Part shown: piece after piece, positions 26,554-39,695 of the stretch
How the letters are laid out: each line of letters starts with the position of its first letter
Position numbering within the stretch: the stretch's first letter is position 1
Origin: Octopus vulgaris
Lineage: Eukaryota
Reading direction: 5' to 3'
DNA: 64,000 nt
Assembly: GCA_951406725.2 (NCBI GenBank)
Contig: OX597815.1
Span: 138,508,001-138,572,000, forward strand
Position numbers and translations under genes: made by a program
Notes under the pieces: generated by a model
Seen by the model: the letters and a program-made list of their open reading frames with translations, nothing else
Told to the model about the DNA's origin: nothing
Databases searched by the model: none

Positions 26554-26644
26554 CCTGGGCTACATTTGTTTCATAGCTGACGGGACATCAGGAGGGTAAA
26601 AATCCAAGCGAGGGGTATACCGCCGGCTACTCTTCAGGCCAAAG
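26554..26644 (-). ncRNA. Type I hammerhead ribozyme motif (intact core)
   Basis: Minus strand: ctttggc CTGAAGA gtagccggcgg...ccgtcagctat GAAA caaat GTA gcccagg. Stem II is 11 bp with 1 mismatch. Confidence 0.75.
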
Positions 26645-26739
26645 ATATTGTGATTAAATTAAAGGTTATATTGTTGCAAGCATGCGTCAACATGTACATC
26701 CTTTAATGTATCCTTTATAACCTTTACTTTAATAAAGAT

Positions 26740-26834
26740 ATCCTTGGCCCGAAAACTAGCCGGCGGTATACACGTCGCTTGGATTTTTACCACATCTGAG
26801 GTTCCGCCGACTATGAAACATATGTAGCCCGGAT
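26740..26834 (+). ncRNA. Hammerhead motif with a mutated core
   Basis: atccttggc CCGAAAA ctagccggcgg...ccgccgactat GAAA catat GTA gcccggat. Palindromic ACATATGT. Confidence 0.55.
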
Positions 26835-26852
26835 CTTACCTACTCCATTCTG

Positions 26853-26947
<95 letters not shown>

Positions 26948-27581
26948 TTATGTATATATTTGTATCTTTAAGTGTATATTTGTATGTATATTTTCAATGT
27001 ATATACTAAAATTGTCTTAAAGCGCACAAACTCATAAATCCTTAGGCTTGTTTTGTAAAAAATGTAAACATATATAGATAACTAAGAATTATACGTTTTA
27101 ATTTAAAATAAACAAATAATATTAGAATAGCTTGATTCGATCAAACCACTTATGGAAGCGATTCAAAGGTCTTCATAACTTAATGTTCATAGCATCACAT
27201 CGAACAAAAATAAGAGATAACAATTAAATTTTTAGTTAGAAGTATCTCAACATGTTAGTCTCTTTATATCTTTATTTTAATATAAAATGTTAAATGTATG
27301 ATTTACTTCAGTTTTTGGAGAGTAATTTGATTTTAAAGAATTTATTTTGAAATATAAAACTGTCCGTTCTGTAGCAAAAATATATTTGACAATAATCAGA
27401 TTACTATAAAATGTGATATATATTTTCATTTGTTCTCTATTAAAACATTTCCCAAACATAGACTTATCATTCTTTTATCACTTTATTCATATACCTTTCA
27501 AAAAAATTATTTTTATTCTGTTTGTAGGTAATTTTGTATGTGTAAAGTATATACATATACATAGGTACTTACATACACTCA

Positions 27582-27613
<32 letters not shown>

Positions 27614-27699
27614 CAAACATATGCGTATATATTTGTGAGTACAGAAATAGTTATATGTATGCGACTGAAAGAAGTAAAAGATATGTATGTATGTATATC

Positions 27700-27772
<73 letters not shown>

Positions 27773-27785
27773 TTATTTATCTATT
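27700..27785. repeat. (TATC)n microsatellite
   Basis: Seen directly. Confidence 0.95.
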
Positions 27786-28584
27786 TCTCTCTCTCCCTCT
27801 CTATCTATATATATGTATATACATACATACATATGCACATATTGTTTTATTTTTAATCGGCTCTGCTGGTTCGCTTTACGAAATTTATAACACGTGAGTG
27901 AATAAAGGAGTTGATTACAACGTTCAGTTTTAGTTTGATCCATACAATGAAGTAAACAATTTCATTTTTCACATTATCTCAAAGATTGGGTCCTTTAAAA
28001 CTTTGATGTATTTATTTAAGATATATTTTCCGACCTATGATATTAGTTGGACCATTCTCTGGTTTTCTTGTTCCTGCGTTAATAATGGTTGAACCTAAAA
28101 GCCCATGTATATTTAAAGGCACAATAATTTATATTGTATGTAAATAATCTTTTTTTGTAGTCAAGAGAAAAGACAACGCTCATGAATCTTTATAGGTCTC
28201 TGAGACGTGACAGGAAGGCGGAAATATTCTCAAATCGAATACCTGACACGAAAGTCTGGAACAAGGTTGCACTAGCAAAGGCATCAGAAGAACAAAGTGA
28301 TGGTCTCAAAACGAGTGACAGAATAAGACTATGGCGAAATTTGAATTCAGAGCTTAAAGATTACGAACAAATACCATAAACTATATTGTCAAAATTTTTG
28401 ATGTTCTAGAAATTCACTGCCCCTAGATTGGTACATTTTAACTGACCACAAAACGATGAAAGCAAAGTTAATCTCGATGTGATCTAAAATCAGTGCATTA
28501 CACCGGGACAAATACCACCAGTCATTTGATTCGACGCTCAACAGTCTTGAAATAAAGAAATCAGATAGGTTAAAAGCTATTAAA

Positions 28585-28710
28585 CCGATAGAATAAGTAC
28601 TAGGCTTTAAAAAATAAGACCTGGGCTCGATTTGTTCGACTAAAACCTTTCAAGGCGGTGCTCCATCATGGCCGCCGTCATATGACTGAAGCAAGTAAAA
28701 GAAATAAACG
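28585..28710 (+). mobile_element. SINE family B, 3' fragment
   Basis: accgatagaataagtact...aaggcggtgctcca...gactgaagcaagtaaaag. Confidence 0.8.
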
Positions 28711-29403
28711 AGTATGTTAGAAATGAAGAGTTCTTTGTTGATTAGAGAACCCTGCAGGATATTTCTATTCTTACTCAAAGAAAAAGAACAAGTCAAGTTT
28801 TGGAGACAGCAGGAGAAATGAAAAAGACACAGCTCGAGCAAATAATCTTTTCAGAGTCGGAGTGAGAGAAGATGCTTTGTGGTTTTTTTTGCGCCTGTGT
28901 GTATGTGATGGTGGCGTGCAAGATTGACTGAGAAATACGTTTATGATGAAGACCTCGGAAGCTTGAAATTGTTTGATCAGAAAGAGGTAACAAGATCTGA
29001 AGGTCACGAGTGAAAGATTATAGATAGATGTAGAAGCAATAGTAGATTTATGGAAGGGAGGGGGAGCAGAAGCGAGGAAATCAATCGATCGAGAGAAGTG
29101 AGCGGTAGAGTGAGTGGAGAGTAATATTCGAATATTGGGTATAACCTGGTCAGCGATGGTCGATAACTGAGGGGTGAATGATATTTGTGGTTATCATTTT
29201 AGTAAAATACAGTAGGTAGAATCAAGCAAGGATGGATAGAATTGTACGGAGGGAGGAATAAATAAAATAGAATTATCCAGCAAATTTGATTTTTGGAATC
29301 AATAAAAACACGAATTCAAAAGGTTTTCTGGCGAAGTATTTAAATAAGAGTATACCATTTCCTATCTCCCTCATAATATTTCTTCTTTTCTACTTTTTCT
29401 TCG

Positions 29404-29418
29404 CTACTGCTGCTGCTG

Positions 29419-29496
<78 letters not shown>
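29404..29496. repeat. (CTG)n(CTA)n trinucleotide repeat
   Basis: Seen directly. Confidence 0.95.
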
Positions 29497-29721
29497 ACTT
29501 TAGTGCTTGTTATATTGAACCATGATTCATAACCTCTAAATTTACATTAAAAATTCAATTGATGTATGTTTCACCATCTCCGTGGTTTGTTCCATACAAC
29601 CCCTGGATCAATGCGGTCACAAAGTCGGAAACAACATTCTGTACTCTAACCACAGCCTACTTATTGATATCTACTACTTTCTGGTTAGATAACTGAAACC
29701 GGGCACTGATTCATTCAACTA

Positions 29722-30890
29722 CAGGATTAGTAATAAATTTAGTTGATTGTAGTTGAATGAAGCCTGATTGAATGGCGTTCCTAAGCTCTGGAAAAATGCT
29801 CCCTCGATTCAGTTTCCTAGTTTTCTTTGGTCTTGAAATTTTCCTTTACAAGTTTATAGGAAGTTCCTTTCGTCTTGAGGTGGAAGGCGTTGCGTCTTTA
29901 TTTCTTCAAGGCTGTGATTGTATTTGTGTTTCTGTTATGATATTGAATTTTCGAATTTCATTTTTATAGAGGTGACGCGGAAAAATAGTACAAATTAAAA
30001 TAAACTGATTTAATGGTAGAGGATATAATACACCTAATTTCATTGGACTGAATGCAGATTTTTTGTAAGGCAATCTTTGTTCATACTAGGTCTCAATGTT
30101 CAGGTACATTGAAATATAAAGCCTGTGCGAATGTCCTTAGCTCATTTAGAGAGACAAGACTTTCAAGAAAGGTTACTGATCAATGAATTCTCCTGTTTTT
30201 GCGCAATATTTTCTAGATGTCATCTGAATGTTAAGGCTCGTTGAGTATAACACAAGGGTGTTTCTCTGAGTGGAGTATTTTGTTATTGTGTTTGCAAGGC
30301 TTGATTTTAGCAACTGCATTTTTGCGTTAAAGTGTGCTCTGGAGGTTGTAGCTAATGTATTTGTCAATGTCTTCTCCCTCAACTTTCTCTTTTTCTTCTC
30401 CAGGTTTATAGGAGTTAACTAAATAGTTCCTGATAATTACATAGTTCTTCTATGGCTTCCTGACATATAACGAACAAGGTCATCGTACTGATTTACAGCT
30501 AAATATCATGTCTTGGTAGAGCCGGAGGGTAACGCTGGTTGCAAGGAAAGGTGGTTTATTAAATGCACCCGCTGTCCGTGCAACGCCTAACTGATTTTCC
30601 CAATTTGGAATCTTCAGGATTAGTAATAAATTTACTTGATTGTAGTTGAATGAAACCTGTGTTTTAACATTGGCAAAATTTTTAAAGAACATTACCAAAA
30701 TGTATCTGATCGAAATAAGCCAAATAGAGTTTAAAAACGAGGAACTTTTCAACAAATCTCTTGACGAGACACATCTGCACTAAATAACGTACCACAGCTG
30801 TTTGTACTGCATCTCGCCCACGAGGTACCGATGCACGATGGGTCGGAACGATAGGAGTGAATAATAAGGATTTCCTAGAATTCCATTTTC
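29722..30890 (-). mobile_element. Decayed Penelope-like element remnant with 45-bp direct repeats and degenerate HHRs
   Basis: 29722-29766 equals 30615-30659 with 2 mismatches. A minus-strand RE..FQSLGTPFNQASFN remnant resembles the GIY-YIG terminal RExxWIxxLxTxxPxGLN. HHR-like motifs at 30582-30622 (-) and 30758-30857 (+). Confidence 0.45.
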
Positions 30891-33589
30891 TTTCTCTCAT
30901 ATTTTCCCAAACACACGCATGCACACTCAAACGCGCACACAGACACACGCACATACACACACAGGTATATGTATATGTATCTTTACATATGTATAATACA
31001 CACACGTATGCGTGTAATTAGAAACGGTGAATAAATGTGATTGTTTAACTATGCAATCGAGGTGTGAATATCACAAATAATGTTTCACTAAAGGATGTTT
31101 CCAAACAATTGTGAATTGACATTAACTCTATTTTTATTTTTGGAGATAATTAATTTTTTATACTTTTTCAGCCAATACAAAACATATTCATTTCTATCAA
31201 CATGTAAAACTGATAAAAGGAAGTGCAGATAAATTTCATACCAAAAATTGCAACAGTGAGAATAAATTCGATTTATTTATTTGGCACCATAACCATATTC
31301 GTCCAGTTAGCTTTAATAGAAAGCAGAACAATACAGCAGTTTGAAAATGTTTTAAAGTACTAATCATTTAAGGGATTTCACAGGCTCAAACTGTGCTACT
31401 AAAAATCTTCTAGAAATATAACAGTAATCAAAGTAACAATGTTGTTGATTGTGTTTAATTTAGGTAACTTTTATATTTAAATATTTTCTAATGTAGTATC
31501 ATATAGAAAATATCGGCATGCAAAAGCCGCTTATGGATTGTCGTCGGAAATTGTTTGTTTAACGAAGGGATACAAAAATATTTATGTATATATGCTTATA
31601 TAATATATTGATGAAAAAGGTTCAAATATGAATTATATATACATGCTTTTACAGAAGTATGCAGCTTAGTTTTTAAGAGAGAATTAGATGTAAATATAAA
31701 CAGAGTAAAAGAACTATCTCTTTACTACACTTTAGTTAAATAATATTTCGTTATGAAGGCCTGGGGCGCGTGATTTTCGTGAGTATTGAATTGCAAAAAT
31801 GTTGAGGTTTATATCTCTCTCGCAGATATGGAATAAATCGATTTTCAACAGCTTCTTGGTAGCTCATGGATGTAATAGCTAGCATAAATAGATTCAAAAA
31901 TCTCTGCATAACATGAACATTTTATAAATTTAAATCTCTATAAATTTATACTTTTGATGCTTTTAGATAAAACAAGATCTTTTAAAGAAAGTATCAATAT
32001 TTACGTTGAATATTAACATTAATTCAATCTCATGTTTCAGCACACACCAATTACGTATAAATCAACTAAAAGAAATAAAGGTTAGAAATATTAATGTGAA
32101 TTAATATAACTTTCACACTTGTTTTTGGTATATCATTATCAATAGCAACATTGAAATTAAATAAAACATATTTTCAAGTCATTGGAATTTCGGTGTTCCT
32201 ATAAATGATAAATGTTCCGTTCTTAATTAAATCCACTATGACATCAAAATACGAGGTAGAGCTTCTACATATAACTTCTACGTAGAGCTTTTACATATGA
32301 TTTAGAATAGCTCATTCTTTCAACGTTAAACCTTTTTATTGCCATTCGAAAATTATTGTGGAGAAAGCACGATCTATTGAAATGAAGTAAATCCGTTTAG
32401 GTATACGTGCCAAACATTGCTTTCATGCAGATAGAAAAAAAAATCTGTTTATTTGAATGAAGCTTGTAACGATTTTCTTGGCTACATATACATTCTGTCA
32501 GATTGACTAAGCAATATTGACTTGTTATAATTAGAAAATGAAAGAAAAGTAATTATATTGAAATACTGATACTCTAAATCAAGCCAAAAAGTTTCTATTT
32601 TTAGAGTGTTCAAAATTTCGTTTCCGCAAAGGAAACATAATTTTGAAAATTAATTCGAATCTTCGAAATAAACTGTGCAGAGGAAAATAATATTTTTCTT
32701 TTATTTTTAAAATAAGCAAATATAAAAAGGATTTTTCAGCTGTTGCAAAATTGAGGTTAAAATAAGGAAATATTTAAAGATAGAGAAAAATATACATCTG
32801 AAAGAAAATAGTTATTTGTACGTCGATATCGATCATGTGAATTGCATGTGGAGTATAAATAAATTGATCAACATTATATTTCATTAAGCTGGAAAGGAGT
32901 GAAAATATACAACAGTAGTAATTACAGTTCAGCGAAGATAATGATTAAACGCACACTATCAAGAAGATGCTAATTACTCAGAAATAGAAAAAAACATTCC
33001 AAATGAAAACAGAAAGGTAAAAAGAATAATTGTGAGAGAAATAGAATTTATAAATATGCCTAAGTATTGCATGATTGGCAATTTGGGTATTCATAATTAA
33101 TTGGTGGAAGAATTGCTATAGTCTGTCTTATGCATGATATGAAATACTGCGTAGAAGTTTCACTGCAAACATACTAATAAAATCAAATCGTTACCTAGCG
33201 TTTGGACGAATCACTTCCGGCAGGCATTAACGTTAACCCATTTACGCTCAAATCCAATCTCATCAGTTTTAATAGCTTGAAAAGCACGAAACGGTGGTGC
33301 GCATGCCCCCAATACTGCCTTTCCTCTGACTGAGAAAAAGGCATAACTTCGTACAGTCTGCAATTATGAATTCGTTATTAAACTATCCTTATACAAACCT
33401 ATTTTCTCAATAATGTGAATACTTGACTGATAACTATGAATCCTTTAACTTCTACTCTTCCACACTGTAGACGCTATAATATTTAATAAATAGAATATCT
33501 AAGGAATATTGAGGTTTGCCAGGTTATCATGAACATCTAATAAACAACTTATTAAGAAACCTTCTGAACATTAGTTCGAAGAATATTCC

Positions 33590-33695
33590 ACCGAGGTCAA
33601 TTTTGCCTTCCATCCCTTCGGGGCCGACAAAATAAATACCAGTTAAACACAAGTTCACCCGAACATGCTGACATTGTGACAAAATTTGAAATCAA
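33590..33695 (+). mobile_element. SINE family A fragment
   Basis: ccgaggtcaattttgccttccatcccttcgggg...aaataccag. Confidence 0.7.
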
Positions 33696-34601
33696 TATTA
33701 TGTAGAAGAATACTTGAAATAGAATCTTAAGACGAATCAAATTCATTACCAACAATGTCACATTTCATATTTGGTTTCCAACTGATAAAAGCTTCCAGAT
33801 TTAAACTCAGTTACTTAGTTACACCGATGGTCCCTCATATGATATGATATGAGGTGCCTCATATCATTATTTTTTCCTGGATCCGTAAGCCATTAGCAAA
33901 TGCCTTCATTAAAAGACTTCTAAAATGAGGTATATCTAATACTAAGGGTAAGCAAAATGTTCTTATGTAAGGTGTTGCCTTTCTGTGGCTCATCTTACTA
34001 TGGACATCAATAATATCTCTTGCAAAATTATGGATTATGTCCGTTTCATTTTCGCTGTATGCATCTAAAAGTAAAAGTGGTTAGGGTATTCGTAATTTTC
34101 AATCGTAATGTCGTGAGTATATTTCCCTTGCGATGCGTTGTGTCCTTAAGCATGACGCTTTATTTCACGTTGTTCCAGTCCACTCAGTTGGCAAAAATGA
34201 GTCGCACATGTGCTTCGAAGGGCCATCCATATCACATTCAGTGTCATGCTTAATTTCCTTAAGAATTAGATTAAGCTTGCACGTCAATTTGCCGTGCAGG
34301 CGGTTCGGTTGTTCGAATCAGCTGCCAGTATGCCTCGAATAATAATCGTGACAGTAAACGACACTTACTTTCCTTTATAACAGGTACATATACAAACAGG
34401 TTCATAATTACTGATGAATGCTAACGATATTTTCAAGATTTCTAAAGTAAATAAGTTATTTCAAGTTGTGTTAACAACTTGAAATACAAGGTATACAAAA
34501 TGAGTTCATGTCACATAAATGTGGAATGTACATATATTAAACATGCATGATTACAACGAGTATAAGAGATCAGTGATCACATATATCAATACACACACAC
34601 A

Positions 34602-34638
<37 letters not shown>

Positions 34639-34653
34639 TTAATTAAGAAATTG

Positions 34654-34689
<36 letters not shown>

Positions 34690-35639
34690 GTAAAATAAGA
34701 AATAGGAATAGAAAGTCCTTGGCACAGTATTATTTGTTTAAAAAAAAAACGAATAGAAATGGCTGTTCTAATAATTTTTCCACTTTGATAATTAGATGTT
34801 CATAAGTTATTAGGTGTTTGCAAAACGTGATACTGATAGGCGATTCTCGCTTAAAAGCGATTTTCAAACTGATATTTTGGAGTTTGTTATTCACTGTTTA
34901 AAAAGGGGGTGTTTAATTACAAACAATCACGCTTGCCAACACCAAAACACACACACATTCATATTTCCATACATAAAACATATAGAGAGAGACGTGCACA
35001 CACGCATACACATCTACATGCACACACACAACAAAAAATGTAGGACCATACGCATATACGCACGCAGAGAAACACAAAAACATATACATATACATTCACA
35101 TATATCAATGCATATATATACACACACACACACATATGCATGTGTGTATAAAAAAATAAAAATAAAAGGGTGTCGACGGGGAGGGGAAGAAGAAATAATG
35201 AGATCAAGAAGAAAGAAATTAAAGTTTTGGTGTGGTCATTTTGAGTTCTATAAAACCCTGTTAATGACAAACTCACCTGCAAGCAAGTCTACTTACCAAT
35301 ATAGTTACAAACATGCAGATGTATTTAGTTTTCTCGTATAGTGTTCATACATACACGTACACAAATATACACACGCATATACACAAATACTTACACTCTC
35401 ACACACACATATATACACACATACACATAAACATACGTATATTGATAGATACATTGATATATACATAGATATCCACATATCCACACTTTTATATAAAACA
35501 TACACACACACATATATGCACACGCATATATATATATACTCATATATATGCATGCATATGTACATGTACATAAATATACATATGAGTGCGTGTGTATGCG
35601 TATATATATATATACACGTATGTGTGTATGTTGTATGTT

Positions 35640-35656
35640 CTGTCTATCTATCTATA

Positions 35657-35718
<62 letters not shown>

Positions 35719-35727
35719 ACTAACTAA

Positions 35728-35765
<38 letters not shown>

Positions 35766-35783
35766 GTTTATCTATCTATCTAT
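35640..35783. repeat. (TATC)n microsatellite
   Basis: Seen directly. Confidence 0.95.
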
Positions 35784-36139
35784 CAAAAGATGTATGTGTG
35801 TATGTGTGTGTGTGAATGTGTTTGTATTTGTGTATATATATATGTATGAACACTATGTGTGAAAACGAAACACAAGGTGTTGTATTTATTTAACCATTGT
35901 ATTTGTTTAATTAATGCAATAAAGGTTAACTGGACACTTTCGTAGTATGTTTGTTATCCCTATTTATATCATCAAAATTTCGACAGGTTTAACCTGGGTT
36001 AAATTCATACCAAATTCATACCAAAATGACCACACTCAAAAGTTCCATTTCTTTCTGCTTGATCTACATAATTCTCCTTCCCCAGCCACACGACTTTTTA
36101 AAAATTTTAATTTTTTTTATTAACAAGGAGTTGTTAACA

Positions 36140-36260
36140 TAGTTCTGGGTTCAGTTACACTGCGTGGCACCTTGGGTAAGTGTCTTCTACTATAGCCTCG
36201 GGCCGTCCAAAGCCTTGTGAGTGGATTTGGTAGATGGAAACTGAAAGAAGCCCGTCGTAC
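36140..36260 (+). mobile_element. SINE family B, 5' half
   Basis: gggttcagttacactgcgtggcaccttggg...gaaagaagcccgtcgta. Confidence 0.85.
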
Positions 36261-37081
36261 ACCCCCCTACACATATATATATGTGCGTTTTGTGTTTACG
36301 AAGGTTGTGGGCAGAAAGACAGATTCTCTTTCACCACGTATCAGCGACGAGAGAGTCGAGGAGGAGGTTGGAGAGAGAGGGATTGGTGAAGAGGAGAGAT
36401 GAATAGGGAAGGGTGGGGAGAGAAAACCCGAAAAGATGAAGAACAAGAGAGGGAGAGAGATGAACAGAGAAGAGATAGTAAAGATAGAAGAGTGTTCATC
36501 GTGATTATTAAGATAAAACTTACTTCTTTCTGCCCACTACCTTCGTAAAGACAAAACCTGCTCATACTGTCTCTTTCATAAGCTCATCTTCCTAGCGTTC
36601 ATAATAATTTTCCTATCGTCTTCGCTTAACAACCCTCACCGTTTGTTTTGACAGTTTTGTTCTCACTGTCTTGTTCTTGTTACCACTTATACCCTCCGCA
36701 AAATAACCCAAATTTTATTCAATTTGCTTTGCGGGTAGGGCTGTTTCAACGAAGTTGCGTATTGTCCTTGCATTTGAAACACGGAGTAGATGAAACAGGA
36801 ACAACTGATGAAGGGGAATATTCTTTAAGTTCCATGTCACGTTTCTCTGTTTGTTTTTCTCGTTGTTCGGAAAAAAGTTCGTTTCTATGTTTATGTTCTT
36901 ATGTTTTTGTTTCTCATTGTGTTCAACGTTTTTTTTTTATGTCCTGTACCCATATATGCATATATATATATACATATATATATGTGGGTATGTACATATA
37001 TGTATGTATATATGCATATATTTATATATTATTTATATTAGTATATGATCGAACGCCACGCATTCTTTTCCAGGTTAGTTT

Positions 37082-37141
<60 letters not shown>

Positions 37142-37680
37142 CGAGCAAAACGCCCCCTCCGTAAAATGGACGATGCCTAGTTGTCAAACATTTAAACTAA
37201 ATTTTCTCAAAACAACTTGTCCGACCGTCCCATAGGCCTCCCCTTTGAGAAACACTAATTTCACCTAAATTTAAGACACCAGCAAAAGAAGAAATAAAGA
37301 TAGACTTTTTTGTATTCCAAAGAAAAACGATTTTATTCACACAAATATGCAACCGAAGAGTTGCATATCTCTTTTGCATCTTACGTTTTTGGTCTCTTAA
37401 ATATACTACATTTTGTGGCATTATTTCAAGCCAACCGTTTTTTTTTAGCGCAAACTGCACGTGCATTTTTCTTAACATCTGATGTACTTGCGCGTACAAA
37501 TGCACGTTCCCACGGCTTTATCGATCGCATTCTCACCTGGAAGCGATTTTTGTAACTCTTTCAAGACTTATACACGCCCTGATACCGTCGGTATTTACAT
37601 ATCAAATTTGAGCGCAATCGGATGGAGGATGATCGAGATCCTGGAAGACACCCACACAGACAGAACGGATTTTATATAAT
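37142..37680 (-). mobile_element. Non-autonomous Helitron-like element
   Basis: The minus strand begins TATATAAAATCCGTTCTGTCTGTG. The other end has a small hairpin (tccgtaaaatgga) and a degenerate CTAG (cgag at 37142). Lies within TA tracts. Confidence 0.55.
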
Positions 37681-39464
37681 ATATATATGTATATGTATGT
37701 ATATATGTATGTATATGAATATTACCATTGCTTGCTGATGTACGGTGAAGCAGAAATAACTTTTTACCTCAGCTTGTATTACAATTATATAAATGCCTTG
37801 TTTCAGTTAAATGCAATGTCAGATCATGACAGTAGACATTCCGCATAGATATGTCTCTCGTTGTCTTTATCATGATTCTCTCTCTATATATATATGTTTA
37901 GATGTATCCCCGTATATTAATGAAAGATGTCAACAGCGAGAGACAGCCGCTATTCGAATGAGTTATAGACTACTGTTGCCGTTAGAAACGAAGTGAATCA
38001 ATATTACCTGTAACCAACAACGCTATTGTTCCGAAATCACAACTCACAATGTATGCAAATAAGTAAATAATCAATAAGTAGAAATAATAACCCGGCCTAA
38101 TACTTCTATATATTTATTATATTGTATATCAATATATGTTTTAAATATTATATTACTGACATGCTGCATATCTCTGTGTATATTGCTATGTATATATTAC
38201 TTATACATTAGAATGGATGAAACATCGAGAATATTAAAGCAGATACGTTAACCATCCAAACATTAGAATATGCTTCATTCATACCAAAACGTCAGGTCTC
38301 AATTGATTTACGATGCACGTATTAATAACATACAGTATTAAACTAGACTTTATCCACACAAATGCCTTTATAGTGTAGCCGTTGGGTAAAAGAACCCCAA
38401 ATATATATATTCCTTCAGTTAATTGTGTGTGCGTGTATGTGTGTGCGCGTGCCCTCTGTATGTGCGTGAGTGTGTATTTATGAATACTATTAAACAGTTT
38501 TGGAGCTCGATGAGACCATACAATATTCTCGGCGATCTTTTTTGAGTTATTGATATGCCTTCTCAGTTGTAAAAGAATAATACGCAACATATGTTTCGCT
38601 GACAGTATAAATATTGGTGTGTAACCTGTGTAATCGAATGACTTTTGTTGCATTTCCCCACCGAAATGACTAATTCGTCAAAAAGTTACCTTGATCTGTG
38701 TGGTTAAGAGCGGAAAAATGCGCGGCTGTGCCGTTTCAATTACCTGAAAATAGTAATTCCAACTACGTACGCATACACGCCGACTGAAATTTCAATGATT
38801 GTGATTGCTGTAAATGAAAACGTGCAAAGAATGGTGATATTTTGTACAAGATTTGCTAACTGCATGATGGTCACTAATTAGATGTTTTTAGTGTCTAGGC
38901 TTCTCATGCATGTTGAATATGTTCGGGAATGTTTAAGTGATGGAATGGTGAGTTGTCCGCCACATTTACGCAAGTAGACATATGAATGCTTATACACATA
39001 TAGACGCACAAAAACACAGACACAAACGCGCGCACACACACAGAATGGATAACGAAAAGCGATTACAAGAGTGGGATAGGTAGTCACAAATTAGTGTACA
39101 GAGAGCCTAGATCCTTAAATTCCAGCTTCTTTATTAGGTTCAGATAGTGCAGAATTAATCAAAAGTGAAGGATATAAAAACGGTCGAAATCGTGCACACT
39201 CGTATATCGGACAAGAATGACGGACTAGTCACAGGTAGATGTATTTATATGAAAAGAAAAGTGCTTACGCAATTTACATGACATAAGCAGATCTTGTCTT
39301 CATAGATGATTTAAGTTATCCGTGTATAATTGATATATCAATACACGAAGACAATATGAAGGAAGTGGGAACGCAGAGAATGTGAATGGATTAAGCTAAA
39401 TATACACACACTCATGGATGGTTCTCCGTCGGTTTGAACTATGAGGATTATTTGAACTATCGAA

Positions 39465-39695
39465 GGCGGTGAGCTGGCAGAAATGTTAGCACGCCGGGCG
39501 AAATGCTGAGCGGTATTTCGTCTGTCGTTACGTTGTGAGTTCAAATTCCGCCGAGGTCGACTTTGCCTTTCATCCTTTCGGGGTCGATTAAATAAGTACC
39601 AGTTACGCACTGGGATCGATATAATCGACTTAATCCGTTTGTCTGTCCTTGTTTGTCCTCTCTGTGTTTATCCCCTTGTGGGTAGTAAAGGAATA
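39465..39695 (+). mobile_element. SINE family A, full length, with TSD
   Basis: ggcggtgagctggcagaa...gagttcaaattcc...gtcgactttgcctttcatcctttcggggtcga. ggtttgaactatgaggatt is duplicated at 39431-39449 and 39696-39714. Confidence 0.9.

Larger units (their letters stand above)
26530..26857. mobile_element. Foldback element (~141-bp arms, 45-nt spacer) with an HHR in each arm, adjoining (TA)n
   Basis: 26530-26670 is an imperfect reverse complement of 26716-26857, followed directly by ~45 TA units. Confidence 0.85.

Noticed and set aside
33196-33335. Possible minus-strand exon in unique sequence
   Set aside because: All three frames hit a stop at or before the donor, and no recognisable peptide.
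36770-36885. CTGATGA-containing repeat as a hammerhead
   Set aside because: No correctly placed GAAA/NUH with compatible stems could be built.
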